Shown: in pieces, positions 54,141-61,612 of the stretch
How positions within the stretch are numbered: the first letter of the stretch is position 1
Layout of the letters: each line of letters begins with the position of its first letter
Assembly: GCA_017881725.1 (NCBI GenBank)
Contig: JADGQO010000135.1
Coordinates: 65,807-129,806, forward strand
Source of the DNA: Fibrobacteria bacterium
GTDB lineage: Bacteria > Fibrobacterota > Fibrobacteria > UBA11236
Reading direction: 5' to 3'
Length of the DNA stretch: 64,000 bases
The notes under the pieces: generated by a model
Told to the model about the DNA's origin: nothing
What the model saw: the letters and a program-made list of their open reading frames with translations, nothing else
Databases searched by the model: none
Position numbers and translations under genes: made by a program

Positions 54141-54692
54141 TTAACGCTTCACGTCAATGCCCGTCAGGGCCTTATACTCCTCCAAGGACACCAAAGGATC
54201 CTGCGGCTCCATCCGGGAGGGAAATAAGATGCCTTCCAAGTGGTCGAACTCATGTTGGAATAATCGGGCTAGAAACCCGGCAAAGTGTACCTCGACGCGC
54301 TCGCCGAAACGTGTGGTGTAAGCGACATCAATCTCCGTGTGGCGCGGGACCAGTCCGCGGAAACCGGGAACGCTCAGACATCCTTCCCAGCCTTTTTCAA
54401 ACGTGTCCGCGCGCCGGAGAATTTCAGGGTTTATAAGAGCGGTTGGTTCCATGCCTGGAGCATCCGGATACCTCGCATTCGGAGATCCATCCTTGGAGCG
54501 CGGGGCCATAATGAAAAGGCGAACCGAATGGCCCACCTGGGGAGCGGCGATACCAACGCCTTCGTTCTCTTCACCGCATCGGATCAATTGATCGATAAAT
54601 GTCTGGAATTCCGGATTGGAAAAATCCTCCACCATGCCGGCTTGCCGAATCAATTGGGGGTCGTTACGATTCAATAATGCGAGAGATTCCAT
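54141..54692 (-). CDS. def: Peptide deformylase
   Basis: 'GIAAPQVG', 'EGCLSVPG' and 'QHEFDHLEG' are the three PDF motifs. The start is MESLALL (ATG 54692); the track ORF extends to 54725. Confidence 0.9.
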   Translation of the reverse strand: MESLALLNRNDPQLIRQAGMVEDFSNPEFQTFIDQLIRCGEENEGVGIAAPQVGHSVRLFIMAPRSKDGSPNARYPDAPGMEPTALINPEILRRADTFEKGWEGCLSVPGFRGLVPRHTEIDVAYTTRFGERVEVHFAGFLARLFQHEFDHLEGILFPSRMEPQDPLVSLEEYKALTGIDVKR

Positions 54693-54693
54693 T

Positions 54694-55767
54694 TTACCTC
54701 GACTCAATATAATCGGTAGTCGCAAGCACCGAGTCCGAATAGGGGATGGGTTCGACGCCGAATCCTGGATTCGGGCCCAGGCTTAAACGGCCTTGATGGA
54801 TTGAAAGCCCGTCAAACGGATCATTATTAATCAGCCAAGCCCCATCCAAATCGGCAAAATCCGTTTTTTGCGCTAGGACGGTTCCTGCGGAGATGAGCAA
54901 ACTGGACTCCAGCATGCATCCAATCATGATTTGCAAACCCAGCTCCCGCCCGGCGGCTATCATCCGAACGGCCGGGGTAATTCCGCCGCACTTTACCAAT
55001 TTGATATTAAATCCCGAAAAAGATCCCGCTAATTTCGGTATGTCCGAGGGACCCAGACAACTTTCATCGGCGAGAATGGGAAGTACCGATTTCGACAACC
55101 AATCGGGCATCCTTTCGTTCTGGGCGGGCGGTAAAGGTTGTTCGATGAATTCCACATTCAATTCCGCTAGCTTCCGGCTTAAGGCTCCGATATCCATTGC
55201 CGACCAAGCACAGTTTGCGTCTACACGAATGGGCGCGGAGCTTTTTTCCCGGATGGCCCGGATGAAATCGATATCGGCGCGGTCATCCATCTTAACCTTG
55301 ATGGCTGGGAATTCCACGGCTTCGGCAATGCGGACGTCCCATTCCTCCCGGGGACAGATCCCCAAGGTGGCGGAACTCGCGATGGGCCGTGGGGCTGCTT
55401 GCCAAATGGTTTCGCAAGCGGATTGGCCTTGCAGTTTGGACCATAAGTCCCACAAGGCGAGATCAACGGCGCATTGGCCGGCGCGGGATGGAGAAAGAAA
55501 GGGCCACAACTCGTCCCAAATTCGGGCGATATCGTCCACGGAGTCCAACGTTTGGCGGCGGAAATAATCCGGGAGGGAAGACAGCTTTGAATGCACATCG
55601 GAAGGATCCTCACCGAACAAGGAATTGGGTGACGCCTCTCCGTAACCCAACACGCCCTTCTGTTCCAGCACCAGAAACACATTTTCAACGGACCGCCGCG
55701 TTGCGCGGGAGGTTTGAAAAATATGCTTTGGGATAAGGGTTTTACGCGTGCAATTGGAACGGATCAT
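54694..55767 (-). CDS. Enolase-superfamily dipeptide epimerase (L-Ala-D/L-Glu epimerase-like)
   Basis: 'AIKVKMDD', 'IEQPLP', 'LADESC' and 'FNIKLVKCGG' are MR/MLE-type metal-ligand and catalytic regions. Confidence 0.7.
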   Translation of the reverse strand: MIRSNCTRKTLIPKHIFQTSRATRRSVENVFLVLEQKGVLGYGEASPNSLFGEDPSDVHSKLSSLPDYFRRQTLDSVDDIARIWDELWPFLSPSRAGQCAVDLALWDLWSKLQGQSACETIWQAAPRPIASSATLGICPREEWDVRIAEAVEFPAIKVKMDDRADIDFIRAIREKSSAPIRVDANCAWSAMDIGALSRKLAELNVEFIEQPLPPAQNERMPDWLSKSVLPILADESCLGPSDIPKLAGSFSGFNIKLVKCGGITPAVRMIAAGRELGLQIMIGCMLESSLLISAGTVLAQKTDFADLDGAWLINNDPFDGLSIHQGRLSLGPNPGFGVEPIPYSDSVLATTDYIESR

Positions 55768-55836
55768 TTTCTTTTTCCATGGGCTCGGAGGCCAATCGCA
55801 TTACTAAGACTTCCGACATTTGATATTTATGATATT

Positions 55837-56694
55837 ATGGAGCCAGGAAACAGGCAAGGGATGCAGATCATTTTAGGGCAAAGCGTCGCAGGCAGGGACA
55901 TCGTCGCCCATGCGAATGTCAATTTTACGGCAGACCGTATTAACAACCCGAATGCACACCGCTTGCAATCCACCTTGATTATCGGCGGCACACACGGCGA
56001 TGAACGCGCGACCGTACCTTTGGCGGAACGGTTTCTGAATCGCTTCCGGGACACCGACGCTATGCCCGCCCACGTAGCCATGATTCCGATTCTTAATCCG
56101 GATGGCGTGGCTGCGGATACGCGTTACAACGGGCGCGGGGTGGATTTGAACCGCAATTTTCCGCATCAATGGTCCGCTCAATCCGTCGAGCCTCCCGGCT
56201 CCAAACCGCTGTCCGAGCCGGAAAGCCAATCGCTCCATGATTTTATTTTGGAATGGATGCCGGCCAAAATCATCAGCTTGCATTGGGCCTTAGCGGAAAT
56301 CGACGCCGACGGCCCGCAAAGCGCATCCCTGGGGCGCCATATTTGGTCCGTCCTTCCGGCACACCGGGAGAATCCCTATCGACTTCGCCTCCAAGAAAAT
56401 GCAGTCCCCTTTTCAGACCCTTGTCCCGGGTCTCTGGGCCTTTGGGCGGGGCATGGGCTTGTCTACCGAGATGGACGCCGGCCGGCCATGATCACTTTGG
56501 AATTGCCATTTCATCCGCAGGCGACTCCTCGGCCGGAAACGTTGCCGGAGAATCATTGGGATATGGTCCGATCGATGTGGGCGGAAAATCCGGATCAGTA
56601 TTTAGCCGGCGTTGAGAAGCATGTTTATCGGATTTTGGACGCAACTTGCGGATTCTCCATGAACTTCGAAAACGCGGACCATTCGCCGCGATGA
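55837..56694 (+). CDS. M14-family zinc carboxypeptidase-like protein (MpaA-like murein peptide amidase)
   Basis: 'IIGGTHGDERA' (HxxE zinc motif) and 'ISLHWA'. The start is uncertain: ATG 55837 or 55861. The track ORF from 55714 overlaps the epimerase on the opposite strand. Confidence 0.55.
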   Translation: MEPGNRQGMQIILGQSVAGRDIVAHANVNFTADRINNPNAHRLQSTLIIGGTHGDERATVPLAERFLNRFRDTDAMPAHVAMIPILNPDGVAADTRYNGRGVDLNRNFPHQWSAQSVEPPGSKPLSEPESQSLHDFILEWMPAKIISLHWALAEIDADGPQSASLGRHIWSVLPAHRENPYRLRLQENAVPFSDPCPGSLGLWAGHGLVYRDGRRPAMITLELPFHPQATPRPETLPENHWDMVRSMWAENPDQYLAGVEKHVYRILDATCGFSMNFENADHSPR

Positions 56695-57902
56695 AAATCC
56701 TGGTTTGCCCATTGGACTGGGGGCTGGGCCATGCGACGCGGTGCATTCCCCTGATTCGGGCTCTGGAAAAGTGTGGCCACGCGGTAAGCATTGCCGCCGG
56801 TGGCGGCGGCCTCCATTTATTGCGCCAGGAATTTCCGCAACGTCCCTGCCTTGAGTTCACGGGGTATCGCGTACGTTACGCCCGTTCTGCTTGGGGGTTT
56901 TTGCCATTTCTCCTCTGGCAAGCACCGGCGATTGCGCTGGGTTTGTGGCGCGAATCCCGGCAACTGAAACGCTTGGTAAAAGAGCACGGCGTGGAAATCG
57001 TCATTTCCGACGGACGCTATGGGTTACTTGCCAAAAAGGTCCCGACCATTTTCATCACCCATCAAATTTTTCTGCGCGTGCCGGGAGATTTCCTGGGTCG
57101 GAGTATGTTGGAGCGATTAGTTCGCATGCTGAATTTGACTTGGTTAAAACGATTTCAGGAGGTGTGGGTTCCCGATTTTTCCGGCCCCGAAAACCTATCC
57201 GGGGCGTTAAGCCATGGCGCGCTTCTAGCGAATGCCCGGTTCATCGGCCCGCTTTCACGTTTCCAGGGAAAGCAAGAGAAACCGGAGGACAATGCCAAAC
57301 GTTTCGAGGAGGGAATTGTCCGCATCGACGTATTGGCCATGGTAAGCGGTCCGGAGCCTCAGCGAACCACCTTTGAATCCCGGTTGCGCGAACAGATGGG
57401 GAAGATGAAAGGTACCCGAGTAATCGTGAAAGGATTGCCGGGCGCGGACAAAACCAAGGGAAACCCTGAAGGCCAGTTCCCCGGGTCGGAATATCGGATT
57501 GCACCGGGTGAATTGAATGAGTTCAATCATGCTCCCGGCGCGGTTTTATCCGAATGGATGCGCGCGGCAAATTGGGTGGTGGCCCGTTCCGGTTATACGA
57601 CTTTGATGGAGATGGCGGGGTTGGGATTGAAAGCCGTATTACTCGTGCCTACGCCCGGACAATCCGAACAGGAATACCTTGCCCAACATTTGCACGATCA
57701 GGGTGTCGCGTTCACGCAGAAGCAAAGCGACTTGGAATTGACCGAGGCGAGCCTGAAAGTCACGGCCATGAAAGGTTTCGGCGACGGACTCCCTCGCCAG
57801 GCGGAGCGTCTTTTCGAATTCCTTATTGAACACCCGATGCTTCGATCACGTATGCCGGACAAGGAAACTCATCGGGAGAAGCTTCCTCGTCAACAATTCT
57901 AG
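56691..57902 (+). CDS. Glycosyltransferase, GT1/GT28 (MurG/UDP-glycosyltransferase-like) fold
   Basis: 'MKILVCPLDWGLGHATRCIPLIRAL' is the N-terminal acceptor-domain motif of the MGT/GT28-like family. ATG 56691 overlaps the M14 stop. Confidence 0.65.
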   Translation: MKILVCPLDWGLGHATRCIPLIRALEKCGHAVSIAAGGGGLHLLRQEFPQRPCLEFTGYRVRYARSAWGFLPFLLWQAPAIALGLWRESRQLKRLVKEHGVEIVISDGRYGLLAKKVPTIFITHQIFLRVPGDFLGRSMLERLVRMLNLTWLKRFQEVWVPDFSGPENLSGALSHGALLANARFIGPLSRFQGKQEKPEDNAKRFEEGIVRIDVLAMVSGPEPQRTTFESRLREQMGKMKGTRVIVKGLPGADKTKGNPEGQFPGSEYRIAPGELNEFNHAPGAVLSEWMRAANWVVARSGYTTLMEMAGLGLKAVLLVPTPGQSEQEYLAQHLHDQGVAFTQKQSDLELTEASLKVTAMKGFGDGLPRQAERLFEFLIEHPMLRSRMPDKETHREKLPRQQF

Positions 57903-57921
57903 ATTTCAACGGAAGGATTGC

Positions 57922-59760
57922 ATGCTAAGGGCACTTGAACGACCGCATAACATGACAGCACTTGTCCGGACAAAACCGGTTGAGTCGGTCTCGAAATCGG
58001 GGCGCCTTCTCACTCGGAAGTTTTTCATCTCGAGCCTAATCGCAATCCTGATCGCTCCAGGAATTTTACCTTGGGGCTCAGCCAGCGCGAAACCGGTTGC
58101 ATCGACCAAGGCGCCACAAGCCCACGCCGCGGTATTCGATCGGGTCAAGTTTTACCAGGACCGGCTACACAAATATTTATCGGCCCTGCAAAAAGCCGAC
58201 TCTCTAAAGCCCTATTTCTTGGCTTACCGCGTCAACGACAGCCTTTCCCAGTCCTACACGGTTAACAAGGGCGGTGTCATCGAAGACAAGGGCGGCGCAT
58301 CGCGGTATCTGGGAGTGGAAGTCCGGGTCGGTAACTCGAAATTCGACAACACCCACCCGATGCGCGAAAACCTGGACTTCACCAATTGGGACGGCTACCA
58401 GAATGTAAGGCTGCCCATGGAGCCTGAAGGCCCATTAGCCGAGCGCGCTTTAAAGGTGGCCACGGATTACGCCTTTCGGGCTGCCAAGGACCAGTTCATT
58501 AAAATCCAAGCGAACGTGAAAGTACGCCCGGAGGAAAATGATACCGGTTTGGATTTTGCCCCCAACCCTGTCGCCCAGCACCGGGATCCGGATCTCAAGC
58601 CGTTGCCGGAGCGCAAATCCCTGGACAGCCTTTTTTCTAAACTACGCCAAGCTTCGCGCATCTTCGCCAATCGACCGCATTTGTACACCAGCCAGATCGA
58701 ATTCAATTATCGCAAGGTCCAAAAATTGTTGGTTAATTCCGACGGGACGGCCATTACCCATGATGAAACCTTGGGTAATATCGGGTTGTACGTGGAAACC
58801 AAGGCCGATGACGGAATGATTCTTTGGCTGACCAAGGATTTTTTCTTCAAGGAAATTCCCCTCGACTTCCCCATGGACAGCGTAGTGCAAGCCGCCAACT
58901 TGTTGCTCGCCCGGTTGGATTCCCTGCGAACCGCGCCCGTGATGGAAACGTTCGTCGGTCCCGTGATCTTGGAAAACATCGCCGCCGCGGTATTCACCCA
59001 TGAAGTATTCGGCCATCGGGTGGAAGGCCACCGGCAGAAAGCCGTGGACGAGGGTCAAACCTTCGTATCGAAAATAAATCAATCCCTGACCGCGCCCTTC
59101 GTAACCATTGTGGATGATCCGACGCTGGAATACGAAGGACAAGTGCCCTTGAACGGATTCTATCGCTATGATGACGAGGGAGTGTCGGCGCGACGGACCC
59201 TGTTGATGGAAAATGGCGTGTTCAAGGATTTCCTTTTCAGCCGTTCCGTGTTGTCGCCCAAAGGCGTTTCGAATGGCCATGGGCGCGGCATGCTGGGGCT
59301 GGCGCCGACCGCGCGCATGGGCAACACCATTTTACAGGCTTCCAAAACCGTTCCCGCATCGTCTTTGCGGGATTCCCTAAAAGCCATACTTCATCGCACC
59401 GGAAAACCGTATGGCCTTTTATTGCATGATATATCCGGCGGATTCACCTATACCGGCCGGGATCTTCCCCAGTCCTTCCGGGTGGAACCGTTATATGTAT
59501 CACAAATCTTCGCGGATGGGCGTCCGGATCGCGTGGTACGGGGAGTCGATGCCGTAGGCACGCCCTTGGTCAGCCTTAAGCAGATTGCGGCGGTAGGCGA
59601 TGATCCCGCCGTCTTCAACGGATTTTGCGGGGCCGAATCCGGATGGATCCCGGTCTCGGCCATTGCGCCTTCCATCCTTTTGGAGTCGATGGAATTCGAA
59701 AGCCGCGCCAAGGATCAAAATCTCCCTCCCATCTTGCCCCCCCCAGAGGTGAAGCCATGA
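57922..59760 (+). CDS. Secreted TldD-type metalloprotease (peptidase U62, TldD/PmbA family) with HExxxH
   Basis: 'FTHEVFGHRVEGH' (HExxxH), 'GRGM' and 'GNGHGRGM'. ATG 57922 has a GGAAGGA SD and a signal peptide follows ('LISSLIAILIAPGILPWGSASA'). Confidence 0.8.
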   Translation: MLRALERPHNMTALVRTKPVESVSKSGRLLTRKFFISSLIAILIAPGILPWGSASAKPVASTKAPQAHAAVFDRVKFYQDRLHKYLSALQKADSLKPYFLAYRVNDSLSQSYTVNKGGVIEDKGGASRYLGVEVRVGNSKFDNTHPMRENLDFTNWDGYQNVRLPMEPEGPLAERALKVATDYAFRAAKDQFIKIQANVKVRPEENDTGLDFAPNPVAQHRDPDLKPLPERKSLDSLFSKLRQASRIFANRPHLYTSQIEFNYRKVQKLLVNSDGTAITHDETLGNIGLYVETKADDGMILWLTKDFFFKEIPLDFPMDSVVQAANLLLARLDSLRTAPVMETFVGPVILENIAAAVFTHEVFGHRVEGHRQKAVDEGQTFVSKINQSLTAPFVTIVDDPTLEYEGQVPLNGFYRYDDEGVSARRTLLMENGVFKDFLFSRSVLSPKGVSNGHGRGMLGLAPTARMGNTILQASKTVPASSLRDSLKAILHRTGKPYGLLLHDISGGFTYTGRDLPQSFRVEPLYVSQIFADGRPDRVVRGVDAVGTPLVSLKQIAAVGDDPAVFNGFCGAESGWIPVSAIAPSILLESMEFESRAKDQNLPPILPPPEVKP

Positions 59761-61523
59761 GCGTCTGCATTTCATCCATCACCCGCTCGATTCGCGTATT
59801 CGCCGCCTTGGCTGCGGCCACCGGTTTTGTTTACGGCAAGACCATGCCCGGCGCCTTGAAAAACCATGGTAACCCGCCAGATACGTTGGCGTCCCGACTA
59901 GATGCCAATCCCGTCATTCGCACCATGGAACGCGAACTGCAACGATCCTTCAACAAATTGCATATCAAGGGGAATCCTAAACCGTATTTCATTTCCTATT
60001 TGCTCTGGGACGTGCGTTCGTACCACATGCAAGCGGCCTTGGGTTCGAAGGAATCCTCGGAAAAGGATCACCAGCATCTGTTGGAAGTGGATTTGCGGGT
60101 GGGCGATTACCGCCAGGACAATTCCAATTTCCAAGGGGGCATCGTTTTCGGTCCGCGCCTGCGATTGCCCTTGCCCCAAGAGAACGACACGGATTTGATC
60201 GCGCTGTCCCTATGGGCGGCGACGGACGCGAAATATAAAGTGGCCTTGGAACAGTTGGAGCAGAAACGGGCCTTTCTGGCCGGACACAATGGCAAGGATA
60301 CCTTGCCGGATTTCTCGCGCCAGAAAGTGCTGCGTCAAATCCACGGGGATGACACCACGGTTTTGGACACGGCCGGGATCAACGCCACAGGCAAGGATTT
60401 GAGCCGTGTATTCATGGATTATCCCTGGTTGGAAGAATCGCGCGTAGGCTACCAGTACTATTACACCACGTTTTATTATGTCGACTCGGATGGCTCCAGA
60501 TATATCGAAAGCGTGAAGGAGCATACCTTGCTGGTTTCCCTGCTGACGCAAGCCAAGGATGGCGCCCCGTTATGGGATTATTTGCGGGTATCGACGCGCG
60601 CGCCGCTTGCAGTCGGGCAGGGCGCGTTCTCAACCTCCGCGTTACGGGATTCCGTAGCGCCTCTGATTAAGCGCCTGGACTATTTGCGCAATGCGGATCC
60701 ATTGCCCAACTATCGCGGCCCGATTCTTTTTACGGGAACGGCCGCTGGGGAGTTGCTCAACAAATCCTTGCTTTTCCCCCAGTCCCGATTACGCGAACCC
60801 TTGGGAGCCGGAGTCGAACCGAATTTCATGCTGAGCCTGTCGGGACGAAAACTTTTCCCCAATGAAGTCACGGTGGTCGATACTCCCGGCATGGCCGATT
60901 TCCGGGGGCAAGCGCTGTTCGGACATTATGCCGTGGATCAGCAGGGTCAACCGGCGGAAACCGTACGCTTGGTTTCGGATGGCCGAGTGACGGGGTATTT
61001 GCTCGGGAAGGTGCCGGTGTTGAAGGTTAAGGATTATGCCAGCAACGGCCATTGGCGCTATGGCGGAGGTTTTCCCGGCGTGACGGTTCTCCGCTCCAGC
61101 AAGGCCGTAAGCGAAAGGGAACTCCAATCCAGATTGGCGGCACTGGGGAGCGACGAAGGCACCGGTTACGGCCTGGTCGTGAGCAAATTGCTGGATGAAG
61201 ATGCATATAAATTATTGCATCATCCGTTGGCCGCGCAATTAGCAGTCAGCGAAGGGTTGGATGGCAGGGGAGTGTTCACTTTGTCCACGCCTTGTGAAAT
61301 GGATAGGCTGGACTCCCATACCGGCAAAGTCACCGCGGTTCGCGGGCTGTCTTTTCCGGTTTTGGATTCGAAATCCCTGCGCGACATTGCCGCCATCGGC
61401 AACATGCCTTATCTAACGGAGCCGCAGGCTTCGTTTTCCATTCTTTGCCCGTCCCTACTTTTCAGCTTATTGGACATGAAAGGCAGTCATAACACGCAAC
61501 CGCGCTTGCCGTACCTGCCTTAA
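59757..61523 (+). CDS. Secreted PmbA/TldE-type partner protein (peptidase U62 family, no HExxxH)
   Basis: ATG 59757 overlaps the TldD stop (ATGA). Signal peptide 'MSVCISSITRSIRVFAALAAATGFVYG'. It has the same U62 fold architecture but lacks the HExxxH motif, consistent with the TldE/PmbA subunit of a heterodimer. Confidence 0.65.
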   Translation: MSVCISSITRSIRVFAALAAATGFVYGKTMPGALKNHGNPPDTLASRLDANPVIRTMERELQRSFNKLHIKGNPKPYFISYLLWDVRSYHMQAALGSKESSEKDHQHLLEVDLRVGDYRQDNSNFQGGIVFGPRLRLPLPQENDTDLIALSLWAATDAKYKVALEQLEQKRAFLAGHNGKDTLPDFSRQKVLRQIHGDDTTVLDTAGINATGKDLSRVFMDYPWLEESRVGYQYYYTTFYYVDSDGSRYIESVKEHTLLVSLLTQAKDGAPLWDYLRVSTRAPLAVGQGAFSTSALRDSVAPLIKRLDYLRNADPLPNYRGPILFTGTAAGELLNKSLLFPQSRLREPLGAGVEPNFMLSLSGRKLFPNEVTVVDTPGMADFRGQALFGHYAVDQQGQPAETVRLVSDGRVTGYLLGKVPVLKVKDYASNGHWRYGGGFPGVTVLRSSKAVSERELQSRLAALGSDEGTGYGLVVSKLLDEDAYKLLHHPLAAQLAVSEGLDGRGVFTLSTPCEMDRLDSHTGKVTAVRGLSFPVLDSKSLRDIAAIGNMPYLTEPQASFSILCPSLLFSLLDMKGSHNTQPRLPYLP

Positions 61524-61612
61524 CCCTTAACATGGTGTTGAAAAACAGGGTTTTGGAAAAGTCCGTGCGGACGTCGATTCGCTGCCCCCGCCGGGGCCAG
61601 CGTCGCGGAGAT

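Noticed and set aside
54893-55567. 224-aa plus-strand ORF
   Set aside because: It is antisense inside the dipeptide epimerase gene.
55714-55836. Upstream extension of the M14 peptidase ORF
   Set aside because: It overlaps the dipeptide epimerase start on the opposite strand. Internal ATGs at 55837 or 55861 are more plausible.
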